Made by a program: the position numbers and the translations under genes. Positions 1 to 12,948 of a DNA stretch of 64,000 bases are shown one piece after another; the first letter of the stretch is position 1, and every line of letters begins with the position of its first letter. Origin of the DNA: Auanema rhodensis. Its lineage: Eukaryota; Animalia; Nematoda. Below the pieces are notes generated by a model that searched no databases, had not been told where the DNA came from, and worked only from the letters and a program-made list of their open reading frames with translations. Location: assembly GCA_964057225.1 (NCBI GenBank), contig OZ059897.1, positions 15,872,001 to 15,936,000 on the forward strand, given 5' to 3'.

Positions 1-3000
1 CAACAATCACTATCTCTTGATGCCGTGTTGAGGGATGATTTGCCCGTAAGTTTCGATGTGTTTACTATTTTGTTTGTGTGCCTGCAACTCCTCCATGTGC
101 CGGGGTGCAGGCTGGCACCGCGAACGCCGTTTTCACTTCATCTTTTGGTTGTCTTGTGTCTCTCTCGTTCTCAAGCGATCAGGCTGCTGGGACAGCAGCA
201 GCCCTGTCCTTCCCTCCCCCAGGCCGATTGCCCCCTCTCTCTTTTTCTTTCTCATCTCACTTCATCGTGTTCTCTCTCTCCTCCCCACATTGCACGTTCG
301 TGTTTGTTGAGGGGGCCGCTTCGCAACCGCTCGCGCTCTGTCCTTTCTTTCAGGACATAGTAAGTACCAGCCAGCCAGCCGCATTGACTGTCTCACTTTT
401 CTCTTATCCTCTCCAATACTAAACTGTTCTCTCATTCGATTAACTCGTCGTCAGCGCGCTCCGTCCGGCGTATAGTGCCTCTCTATCGTCTTTGCCCCAC
501 TCGTTCTATAGATTCTCTTCATTGCTACATAGTTAGAGCTTGGTTTTTGGTTCAAACGACAGACACGCAGAATTCTCAGGTTGTCTGACTATCAGCTCCT
601 CCCAGCCAACTATTTGTTGGCCGTTTAGAACGCTGTCCATATTTTGCATCAGCAGCATAGTCTCCCGGCGTGGGACATGATTCGTCTCAAGTAAACCACA
701 TCTACCTCACCTTTACCTCCAACTACCTCAACTCATCTACCTCATTTGCTGTCCTCACTGGACTAAGCAGGTTTTCTTTTTTCCCTGTACAAATATCGTC
801 CTTAGGAACTTATTCGTATATCCCAGTTTTCCTCTGTGCTTATAGCTGGTAACTATATTCTTATTACCTTTTGCTGTATCAAACGGATATTCTGTGAACT
901 ACCTCTACTTATTCGCCTCCATTCGAGATCTCTTACGCAAATTCTTTTATTTTCTTTTATGAGCTCTAGCGGAATTCCTATTGATTCGACCAAACGTGCT
1001 CGAAAGTCATCTGAACCTCAGAGAATTGTCTTGAATCCTATAAAATCTCCTTCTACGATGAACTCTAACAATACTCCGTTTTCCTCACTCGGTGATATTT
1101 CATTGGCACAGCTGCAAGCAGCTATCAACGGAGCTTCTGCATCCAACGGTGCCGCTCAAACTACGGATCAAACCATGATCTTTAACCTGGCCAGTGCCAT
1201 TGCTATGAACAGTTTTCTAACTTTGCCAAATCCTAATAACCCTCTCATTGCGAATGTGGCTAAAATGATTCTAAGTTTGAATGTTCTTAATCAGCAAAAT
1301 GATTTGCTTGGAAGCAACAATCGTACTGATCCTTCTCAGTTAGGCAGTGCATTGATGTCGCCAATGCTCCTTCAGCAGTATGCTTCCACAATTGGAAGAG
1401 GCCAACCTTCGCAATCTGCAGCTGCATCTACTCCACAGCAAGCACTGCCGACGTCACAACCGACTTCACTAGGCTCTTTCCAACAACCACTGAAGAATTC
1501 ATCGGAGAACCAGCGCAAGCGATCGCTCGGAAACGAGCACACAGCTCTAGATACTAGCGCAAAGCGGGTCTTTGGCGAAACTGGCGCTGGAGCTGTAGAT
1601 AATCAGCCGGCTGTGCCGGTATCCAAAGACGACATCGAGAATTCACTTATTCGAATTCTTAATGAAGAGATTTATAACATATATGATGAGACTTTAAAAT
1701 CGGAACCCCAAGATCCGCCATCATCTCCTGGACAAGCTGCATTGATATCTGAAAGCAGACAGAGTAGTGGCTCCGATAGTAAAGGAGTATGCCGGTCAAC
1801 TCCTAATGAAGAAATTCCTATCGAATCAATGAGTCTTTTTGAAATTCTTGATTTACTCACTAGTGAAACTTCCGCAGATATTAGCTCATCAGGATCTGCT
1901 TTCCGGAAAGTTTCCAGCAAATCTGAAATTGGTTCTATTGCTAGTAGTTCATCGGATTCATCTCAGTGGGGGAATACTATCTCTCCTCCAAACAGCTCTC
2001 CCCAATCCTTTGCTGAATTGTCCCCTTTGTCTAATGATACACAAGCTCTGATTCAAGAAGTTGTGCTCAACCTCAAAAGTTCCATCGAGTCTGAAAAAGA
2101 GGTTTGTTCTTGCTTTCATGCAATTTTGTCCTACGAAGCCCTCAACAACTCTGTCGTTCTTTCTATATGTCCTTTATTGGCCTTGGTTTGTTTACTGCTT
2201 CCACGTTGTTTGAATGCGCTATGCGATTTTATCGGTTCAGCTGCAATTTCAAAAATGTTGGGCCCTGAGAACTTTAGAGAACCAAGAAAACATCGAACAA
2301 TTTTCATGTTTTGTCCAAAATCAAAACATTTTATTCCTCTTTCTCATTGATTTTTGCAGGCACAATTCCCAGTATTATGGCGTGGGCAAATTTTGATGAA
2401 GCAGCATGAGACATTGGTCCAAATGCACCTAATTCAAGGCCGAAAGGACTTTGTAACCGATTGCCTTGGCGATTTGGTTGATCAAGCTACCATCCGAAGC
2501 AATGGACCGAAACCGAATATGCGTATTAATCAGCGCATGCGGGCTGACAACAGCCACGTACAGAGTGAGTTAATTCGAAACCTTGGCAATATAATTTCCT
2601 GATTATTTGTAGATCTGCTGCTGAAATTAAACAACGGGTTCGGAAGTGCTTGTCTATGTGTACCTATTGGTTTCACTAGAGAGGAATGTAACATTAATAA
2701 CGACGCTATGAAAACTCAATTTATGGACTATTTCTCCAGCAAAGGCGCTGCTGGAATTGCAAATATTCCTCGAAGTGTAAGTTTTACTGAGATCGTGTGG
2801 ATTTTTATTTTTTATTTTCAGGAAAAGATTCCAGCAAGCCTCGTATATGTATTCCCTCCAAATGATTTCACTGAGAGCTACATGAAGACATATTCCGAAA
2901 GTTTATTCGAACGAATACGCCGTGCTGCCCAAAACGGCGTTGTCCCTTACCTTTTTCTAGTAATTGTTCCTTCTGATGAACCTTCCACCACTGCCCAAAC

Positions 3001-3007
3001 TGACTAG
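1..3007 (+). CDS. din-1: Spen/SHARP-family SPOC-domain nuclear receptor corepressor (DIN-1-like), 5'-partial, spliced
   Basis: Phase-consistent exon chain: <1-45, 354-359 (microexon), 629-690, 970-2101, 2360-2564, 2613-2776, 2822-3007. The C-terminus is a recognisable SPOC domain (FPVLWRGQILMK..VQMHLIQG; MRINQRMR; FMDYFSSKGAAGIANI; VYVFPPNDF; PYLFLVIV), preceded by a Ser/Gln-rich low-complexity region. An in-frame ATG at 959 could start a short isoform. Confidence 0.8.
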
Positions 3008-4662
3008 TCATTCTCCTGTTCTATTTGTAGCTGATATTATAGTTTAAGCGTTAAGTGAAATAGGTTAGTATGGGACAACGAGCACATACGGTTTTTCCCG
3101 GTTTGTATTATACATATTTACACTTTCTATCTCTATAACTCTAACAGGTACATTTGTTGTTTTACTTTATTTTTCCTCGTTTTGTTTGTTGTTCAGTGTC
3201 TTATACATGTTTGTCTTCTATATTCGTGCGATAGCGACTACCATTTATAGTTTTCCTTCAACTAAATATTTTCTCCTGTGAGTGCGTTGTATTTATGCCC
3301 CCTTCCCTTTCCTATTTCCATTTTTCCCAATAACCAAATAACAATTTATACATCTTCTATACAAAAATTACCTGACCCTACCCCAGTTACCCCCGTTGTC
3401 CCTCCATTTTCATCTCAGCTTTTATTAAAATTCTGTAGTTTTTGTATCATATGTTTGGTTATCGTTGTCGGCTTTCCTTGCCGCATGCTCAGAGATATAA
3501 AAATAAATTATAATATAATTGAGTTTTTTTTCTTTTATTTGGTAATAGATATTCGTGTATATTGTTTTTTATTCCCTACATAAAGTGCTACTAATCGATA
3601 TCAGCACAAAAATCGATGGCATCTCTTCAATGAGCGCTTATCAGCATTAGTGGAGCGCTCAGAGGTTTCTAGATAAGCGTCTAAGAACTCCAGGTTTGTT
3701 ACCGATAGATGACCCTTAAGTTTAAATTTTCTTGAATAGTATGATTGTTCCAAGATAAGAATTGTGATGTTATGCTTAAAGAAGTAATCCTCGAAATAGT
3801 ACATTCATTCGTGCATGTTTGTTACATTTGCCGTTCGTTCGTCCTCATTTCTTCTCCCTTTGCTGCTTCGTCCGGAGGGAAATTGTTGCGAATGAATTGA
3901 CATACGGCCTCTGTATGTCCGTCTGAATGTCTATTTGTTGGGCCTCAACATGCTTGCATCGCTCTTTTCAATGACATTGGTAGAAACGGATCTATACGTT
4001 TTGGAGGAAGGGAAGGCCACAAGCCTCTTGTGCGAGTATGTCACTCTTCCAATGCCATAGTGTCTTTTTTTTGCTTTTGTGGCTTATTTTCTACGCTCGC
4101 TCTGCCCATTACACAGAGAAGGAAAGGATATGAAAAAAGAGAAAGAGGTGAGTAGGGCAAACTAGAGAACGAGTGAGACAGAGAAACAAGGGTGAACGGA
4201 AGACTACGAATGAAATTAGAGAATGTGAAATAGCGGAGAAGCGAGAGTAAGGATAAAGTTATGTTGCGTTGGTTTTGACCAAAGGGCCTTTGAGTCCATA
4301 AACGATGGCGGTTTGAGTCAAAGAACACGACAAAGAACGAAAAGACAAGACTTCTTTGTATACAAAATGAGAACAACATCTGTTTGAGAAGAAATAAAGA
4401 GCAAAAGAACAAGAAAAGTAAAGGCAAGAAAATCGACACAACATGTAAGGTAGATACACAGATCTAATTTCTATCACCAAGTTTAAAGATAAATTACTTT
4501 CAGAAACTATGTTTACGTATGACTATTATAACATCAATTGAAGCGGAGACTAGTTATGATCACAAGTAGTTCTTAGGATTGCTCTTCTGTTCCAAACAAC
4601 ATATCTCTTCATATAGTAAGATGTTTTTTATGTTTTCCCATGTCTCCTTATGATATACTACA

Positions 4663-7600
4663 CTAAAGCGTCTTGAGCTTCGAGATGCCCAGCTTATCGG
4701 CCAAATCGTTCTGCAACAAAAGACAGGTAATTAGATGTGGAACAATAAGAACTGGAAAAGTCCTAACCAATGAAACCGATGATAATAGAAAAAAAGAAAA
4801 GAAAAGTTGATACGAACCGCGAATTGAATTTGGTTTGGATGATAAGGTATACCTCCAAGACTGGTGACCAACTCCTCGTGACGTCTTTCCATATCACCAG
4901 GGACTTCTACAGCATTGCCAGCTTCAGACTGAAAATAGCTGCATATACGCTGACCAATCATCAGTTTTTGTGTATTGACTTCAAGCTTCAAGCACAAATT
5001 CAATATATTTCATTTTTTAATATATTTTAAAGCTTCCTCTGCTCGAAAGTAGTGTCAATACTACCATTCCTTTTTTAGATTCAATCTCTAGTTTGACCCA
5101 AATGCGAAGGTCGACTGTTGGGGGCGCTGGGTGTTACTCCGTCAACTATTTCAGTTGGGTTAAAATGAGATAAAAAGAACAGAAGAGAAACAAAGATAGA
5201 AAAGAAAGAAGAACTAGAGAACGACAGCGAAACGGATGATTCGTTTTTCATTTCTTCAGTTCTGTTCAGATCAATCTTCTTCCACTCTGGCTCGTCATCT
5301 CAACTTACTATTCCTAAACATCGAGTACGAGTGTATTTTTTCTTATTTCTCTTTAATCTTTTTTATTTCGTTGTCGGCTTTTTGCTCAATAACCATGTTT
5401 CAGATTGCCCTCTTTCGATGAGGTCATGCAAGAATAAAAACAACTCATACGTCATGGCCAGCTGTACCATAGACTAGTGCATTCAAGGGACTGCTACTTC
5501 TACTCTTGCAATTAGCCAACACGAGATGGGAAAAAGATCATTTCAAGAATCATTTTCAAATTTGGTGCTTAACAAGCATAAGAAAACTTTCAAAACTTGA
5601 ATAAAAAAATCAGGGATTTATAATGTATAAATGCATAGTATTTGAGTCTCAGTTTGAAATTTTCTCTCAAATTGTTGCGTTGCAAAAGGTACAAGGTCAC
5701 CATTAACTGTGGGATCTTTGGAAAACCATCGTTTCACTCTATTCACATGCTTTCACATCGTGTGCCATCAACTCTGCAAGAGAAGCGGCAAATGTAACAT
5801 TGGAAATATACTCGTGTTAAATGGAGAATGTTATAACACAAGAGAAATAGACAGAGAGATAGATAGACAGATAGGAAATAAGAGCGGTGTGTATTTCACA
5901 ACACAATAATTCCTCATCATCATCATCATCATCATCATCACCAACGTTGATGTCGTCGACATCACTCCCCAAATCATCAACAGCCACAGCATCCTGTCTC
6001 ATATTATGCTTTCCTCTAATCGCATTGCTTACTATTACCTCTCATGGATATGTTATATCTCTTTCACTACATGTATGCATTATATTCATGCTGTATCTCA
6101 CCTGAGGCAATTCACGCATTGTTTTCATCAATTCTTGAATGCGGTCTGAAAATCCTGGAGCAAACGCATTGGGATCAACAGCAATAAAGCATTGGCCCTG
6201 AAAGAAAATGAATAGAAGATGCTGACGGGATCGACATAGAAAAGGCAAAGACTGAGTAGATATATGTATCTTTGAAAGTGGGACAGGAAAGCAAAGACAA
6301 GTTGAGGAACTTCGAAAATGTCAAGTGGCATTACTAATGCATGCTTTATTAATTACAGAATAGAGACACACGCAAAAAATAATTGATTCAATGTGTTGAA
6401 TAGAGAAATAAACAAGAAGAAGTATGAGAACGCTTCAAATATTCTTTTCTATTGCGAACCAAAAATGATATAATAAGGGTGAGAGTATTTCTATTCAAAG
6501 TTCTATGCAGAATCTCGACCGTATGCAGCATGGGAACTAACTACCCAAATTAGGATGAGAACACAGATTTACAAGAATTACTTTTGCTCCCACACTTTAG
6601 CTTTCGTTGGTCAAATTACCAATAGCGCCAGATGTCAACAGCGAATACATTACAAATTTAGAAAGCAAAAAAAAAAACAAAGATTTTTGTACTTTCTGAT
6701 ATTAACAGTACTAAAATCTGGTTCAGAAATCATCTTTACGCCAAAGATTGACGAGAGTATGACAAATGACAATGTTCGTTATGATCATGGAAAAGGGTAC
6801 AGCTAAACAACACCCAACCAATCAAAAAGCTTCAAAGAACTTCGAATATAACAAAATCAGTTCATCAAAGGAACACATATTCCCTGATTGTCAGCTATGT
6901 TTAAATCATGATGAAATGATCTTATTTTATATTTATCACTTTGTATCATTGTTAATGTTCCCAATTATATCCCTTTTCTGCATCGGACAGCATTGATCAT
7001 ATATTGATGCTATGTATGATAATCCAATTCTACTTAATTTGGTAGTATGTCTTTCGGAAATATAGAAGCTTTGACCGCAATTTGGAAATATCACCACAAC
7101 ACAAGCAAATTTACTATTGCCAGGTATCTATGCAGATAGCTGTTCGACGAGGGAGAGGAAACAAAATGAAGGGCTAAGGGGTGTTGGTAAAAGGGAGCGG
7201 CAAAGGAAAACCAAGAAATATGAACGAGGGGTTTCGATGGCAAATATTCCAAAAAGATGCAAAAAGAAGACTAAAAAACAGAGATCTCACAAAGAAATTA
7301 GTTGAAGTTTGATATATGCAATAAAACTGAGAAAGAAAATCAATTTTACACAAAGTTATAATCAAAAGAAAAAATTTAACTAAGGAGAAAAAAAGGAATA
7401 AACAACAAACATACCAAATCTGCGTCCTCGGTTGAACTCATCCATTTACGAACATTAGGGCCCCAATGAGCTCCGCCAAGAATTCCACAAAATATTTCTA
7501 CCAAAGCACATAAGCCATAACCTTTGTAACCACCTGAAAAAAATTCTTCTTTGCGATAGCTTCCGGAAAAACAAACAAACCGCTTAATTCAGTTCCACCA

Positions 7601-10600
7601 AGAGGAAGTAGTCCACCACCCTGAAGGATTTTTTCAGGATTTTCCGATCGCTTTCCACCCTATATGATAAGAAAAAAAATTCTCAAAAAAAATAATAATA
7701 TATATTGCACCTTCTCAACTCCCCATGATTCTGGAACAGTCTGACCTTTTCGTTTAGCTATTTCAATCTAAAAATTCAAAAAATTAAAGTAACTTTAAAA
7801 TGCAAGATGAAAACATAAAGTTTAAAGCTATTTAGCAGATTAAAACCCTGGTAAGTTCATATACATATAAGCAGATGTACGAACTTCAACTGGAATATTT
7901 CACTTATAGCTCAGTGAAAGTTCACGTAATCAGTTTAGCTTTATGCTATAACAAGTTTTCATTTATAATTGCAGTTCAGAATTTTAGAAAAACATATTTT
8001 GAAAAAAAAATTCAGAAATTTGAAAACTGAGACTTTGCTAACTGAATTACTGAGTACAAACCCAACAACAGGAAAAAAAATCTTAAACCAATTGAATGAA
8101 TGCTTGAGAACAAATCCTCCTGAATAATAAATGCCATGGAGATAGCTCTTTAAAAAATTAACAATGGAAATCAAGCGATATTCCAAGTTCTTTATCAAGA
8201 CTTTTATTTTCTTCCTCCGTTGTCGTATCTTCAATTGTTAAGAAGTCTCAAAAGTAGATTGACGCAATTCCTAGGGGCTATTGGGGTCAACTGAACTGAC
8301 ACCACCTTATCTAGTCCGGAAAGCCACAACGTATAAACATATTCTCCAGACTGTTCTCGGGATCACCATACCATCACATACATTCTTCTCTTCTATGTAG
8401 TATGCACCTGTTAATCTCCATATATATAATTTCGAATCTATTATAATTGCATATATATCGTTAAGCTGGAAAACACAATTCCATTTTATTAAAATTATCC
8501 CATTTTTCTAATTTTCAACCATTTTCTTGTTAAATTCTGAAGTAAATTATTGACAAAATTTCGAATTAATTATATCATAGGACTCAGCTGATAATCTGTG
8601 TTGAACAGAAATCAAGGAACAAATATATTTCAATTCCTTCATGGGTTGAAATACAAGTATTTACAAGTTGACAAAATAGTGAGATAAAGCAATAGATTCG
8701 AACAAATTGCCATATCAAAAGCCTCCTAACCAGTATTTTTCTTTTAACATCCAGTTGTTACATCATTGTTTTTCTCCAAAAACCAATTGGCTGATTTACT
8801 TATTTCCAATCTTATACATACGTGCTGGCTACAATATTCCAATTTTTCTTTTTATAGAGCTATTTCGTGAAAGAGAAGATCTCTTTTCCTGAATTTCGGA
8901 AAATGGACAATGAGACTCGCAGGACACTATCCGAAGTGCCACAGTATAGCATGTCAAACAATGGAAAACTGATTTCCATTATACACAGCTGGATCATAAG
9001 CCAAATTTGTCAGCCATTCATTAATCGGTAAGCTACTTTTTCATTCTCTAATCTTTTAATTCTCAACCATTTATTTCAATTATTACAGTTTTCTGTCAAC
9101 TGTCATTGATAAATCTACTGAAAATCTATGTCTAATGATACCGATAACCAAAAGCCAGCGTCATTTTGGGCGAACAGATTATGAAGCCAATAATAATAAT
9201 GAAAAGGGGTAACCGAGCATAAAATTGAAATTTACATATAACTAAAATCAAATTTGTGAATTAAGACGAACTATTTGCGAAAAATTTTAGCAATTTGTAC
9301 AATTAATTAATAAACATTTTAGGCCAAACGATATAGTGACACTATATATCGACAACCCTCTCTGGATGACTTGGAAATTGCTATTAGACCCAAAAATGGG
9401 TTTAGGAGAATCATATATGGATGGCGCTTGGAGGGCAACACCCAGTCCTAAAGATTTTCTGGATGTTCTCATTCGCGCAAAAAGTAAGTCAAACTCAAAA
9501 GGTTTTAATCGATTTCTGCAAGATTCAGTGCTATTTAATACAGAAGAACATGAAATTGATACTAACACAAAGAGAAAACTAATATTCCCCTTTCCAGAAC
9601 AAACCTCTCGGAAACAGCTAGAACAGAGCTCTAATTCGATTAAAATCAAACAATATTTTCTGACAACGACTATGAAGGTGATTAGAAATGTTGCTTGGTT
9701 CGTCAACTACGTCCTCCATAGACTTCGTGACAACACCGTATATCAGAGTGCGAAAAACATCGAAGGTATATCGAAAATCTTTGTCTATTCATGGACATCG
9801 AAGGTCAATGAATAGTTAGAACAACATTGGGAACTTGAATACCATTCAAAAACTTTGACTTAATTGATTACGAACTTTTGAAAATAGAGGGATCAAATTA
9901 TTACAAGATAAATTTCAGACCATTATGATCTCGGAAATGATATGTTTGAGATTTTCTTAGATGAATCTATGACTTATTCTTGCGCTATTTTTGAAGGCAA
10001 GCATTAACTTTCTTGAACATTCATTATGATCAGTACAGATACCGTCAAGCCTCATTTGATGTCCTTAAGAGATGCTCAATACAAGAAAATTGATATTCTC
10101 ATTGATATGCTGGACTTAACAGCGGATCATCATGTTCTAGAGATTGGCTGTGGTTGGGGAGCTTTCGCTATTCGGGCAGTTCAAGTACGTTATTCTTGTT
10201 CAAATCGAAATGGCATGACAAAGGAATTTTTTTAGAGAACTGGCTGCAAGTGGACCGGCTTAACTATATCTCATGAGCAATTAGCTTGGGGACAGGAAAA
10301 GGTTAGAAAGGCTGGTCTGGAAGAAAATATTACATTATTGTATAGAGACTACAGGTTACACATATCGCCACTGTATATATTTTACATATACATATTATTC
10401 TAGAAACGAGACGGGTACATATGATAGAGTTGTGTCAGTAGAGATGGTTGAAGCAGTTGGACAAGCATTCCTTGGACAATATTTCCAAATAATTTCAGAC
10501 CGCTTGAAGCCAGATGGAAAAGCTGTCTTACAAGTAAAACGTTTTCTTTTTCGACAAAAGGGAGCCAGTTTGTTTAAGGGAATTGTTTGCCCAGATTCAT

Positions 10601-12511
10601 ACTATGAGAGGTACTGTCGATCATCAGATTTCATTAAAAAGCATATCTTCCCTGGAGGACATATGCCATCTCGAGGTATTTCCATAGTAGACTATGCAAT
10701 AATTTTCTAACATTTTTTTACCTCTATAGGAGCTATTCGTCTTAATTTACCCAAAAACATTCAATATATGGAAGAACGCAGCATTGGGCTTCATTATTCT
10801 TGCACTTTGGACCGTTGGTTCAAGTAAGATAAATACAATTTCATTGATTAAATACAAAATTATAGAACATGGATAGAGCGTAAACCAGAATTGAAAGAAT
10901 TAGGAATTTCAGATAAATTCCACAGAAAATGGCAATTTTACTTTTGTTTATGCTCTTCACTATTTCTACATGGGCATATTGATACTATCCAATTCTCATT
11001 GAAGAAAAATAGAACAAACTAGGAACTATGGAAATCTGTCATAGCTTTAATGCACTAATATTCGATCATTATCATTCTTTTTATTAATAAATTAATACCC
11101 AAGCGTACCTTTCCAACAGCCACCGTAGTTGTGGCCATATCCAGAACAAATGAGTCATTGTTCAATCCTTTAGCAGCTAAACTTAAAGGATTTGTACCAA
11201 GTGCTGGCTTTGCAGCTCTTGTTGGATAGCAGACTGGTGATGTATTAGTAAATGCCAATCCCTGAAGTATCGAAGATACTGATTGTAAAGTCAATACTAT
11301 ATTACCATAAGACCTTCATTCATCGCTCTCATAGAATAGTGAGCAGCAATACCAAAGTGATTGGATCCTTAGACAACATTTTAAAAAACGTTAGAATAAT
11401 ATTACACCTTTTGCCACAACCCATCCTACACCTACATCCTTAGCTTTCTTAACTGCTAAATCCATACAGAAGTTTCCGACAACAGGACCAAGAAGATTGT
11501 TCCCATTTACCCAACCTGACGCGGCTTTTTCCTAAAAAACCAACTTGCCAAATCTAATAAAATGTTATTACTAACATTTAGAATGCTCGGAACGCCAGCA
11601 CCAGCTGTGACTCCCTGCTGTAGATCTCTTACATACATATCTAAAGTTAAATCTGTTCTCCCATTAAATCAATGATATACAGACCTAATCTGTTAAGTCC
11701 ATGACTGTAATGACCTCGAACATCACCGGCAACCAAAACTTCAGCCAGTTGAGCAGCATGTGATTGATTAGCGCCAGCCGTTTCTATGCACCTTTTCATG
11801 AAGTTTAGCATCTGTTAGTGAACGATACAAATGGAACTATAAATCCTAATAACTTACTTCATCGTATTTTACCACTTGATCATCTGCTTGAACTTGAGAT
11901 GCGAAAAATCTCGGTTGAGCCAATGCGCGGAGCGCACTGATTTTTCCATAGCAGAACCCTGTATTTTATTGCTTACTGATCTAATCGTACGATAAGTAAA
12001 GATGATTTTCGATGTTCATATTTTAGAAAGTAATATGAGGCTATTAAAAGGTTATCACCTGGTGATAGAAGTGCACATTATTCCATATAGCATGCTCTGT
12101 AAGGTTATCGAAAACAAGAAAACTTATAATTGTTCGAAGTTTTAAACTATAGCTGTTAAAAAACTCCACTTAAGTGTATCGTTCTAGATGATACGGAACT
12201 GAAGGTCAAAATTCTGACACATGTCAAGAACTTCAAGTATACACTCAGAGATGTATAATTGGAATAACATTAATGGAATAACTCAAAACGTTAACTATTT
12301 GAGCAAATTTGAAATGTCTTAAAATTGATATATTGTTGATCATCATCATTATTGATAAAAATAAATTTTTTTTATCGAACTGCACTATACAGTTCAAGAA
12401 GCAGGGCTTACAATTTAATTGGATTCAATAACTATATTCAACTAATTATGTGATAAGAAACTTTAAATAAATGAAACTTTAAAAGAAATCACCTGCACGT
12501 GTTACTAACAT
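4663..12511 (-). CDS. Malate/L-lactate dehydrogenase type 2 (Ldh_2/AllD-like family) with predicted mitochondrial presequence
   Basis: Spliced. First exon 12511-12493 (MLVTRA) joins in phase to 11958-11858 ([21 protein letters not shown]). Family motifs: [72 protein letters not shown]. Stop TAG at 4665-4663. Confidence 0.88.
5914..5940. repeat. (TCA)9 microsatellite in a dehydrogenase intron
   Basis: Perfect trinucleotide run seen directly; it explains the poly-S and poly-D ORFs in the track. Confidence 0.9.
8903..11022 (+). CDS. fcmt-1: Cyclopropane-fatty-acyl-phospholipid synthase-like SAM methyltransferase (fcmt-1-like), nested antisense in a dehydrogenase intron
   Basis: CFA-synthase motifs: [94 protein letters not shown]. 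Start is ATG 8903 or 8951; stop TAG at 11020-11022. It lies wholly inside host intron 7768-11108. The symbol is from recalled family identity. Confidence 0.85.
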
Positions 12512-12948
12512 CTTGCTATCGCTGTAATGTCGACTGATCTATTGATACATTGAAAAGAGATGGTTCAAACATAAACTGCTCTGTGGCTAAAAAAATCTGC
12601 TCGAATGCTAATTTTGGGACTGGTATACTGAAGTGCTAGGGTATGTTCAGCTGATTTTTTGATCTTATATAGCTTGAACTATCTTGAATTTTAATATTTT
12701 GTTTTCTGTAAAGTAAGATTTATGAACTTATTGACATACTATGTAATTTTTAAACTTTTTTATTTAATTTTTATTAAAAATAGGTATATTCTTCAACATT
12801 ACATACAGTATACCATTTTATAAATTATGTTTTTCTTGTGTTAAGCTTAATATCTCAGTTTTTGGCGATATTAATGATACTTGCAATATAAAAAAATACA
12901 AATTCTAGATTTTCTCAAAGCCCTTGATTTATCAGTCTTTGATAAATA

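Noticed and set aside
25-422. Three overlapping ORFs of 84-114 aa
   Set aside because: They arise from stop-poor pyrimidine/GC-rich intron sequence of the Spen gene and show no protein-like features.
3618-3717. H/ACA snoRNA (hairpin - AGATAA - hairpin)
   Set aside because: The second hairpin is weak, the total is only ~100 nt, and the ACA box is missing (ACC).
4041-7365. Assorted hydrophobic or low-complexity ORFs in the track
   Set aside because: They derive from purine/pyrimidine-skewed UTR and intron sequence and microsatellites; only the segments matching dehydrogenase exons are coding.
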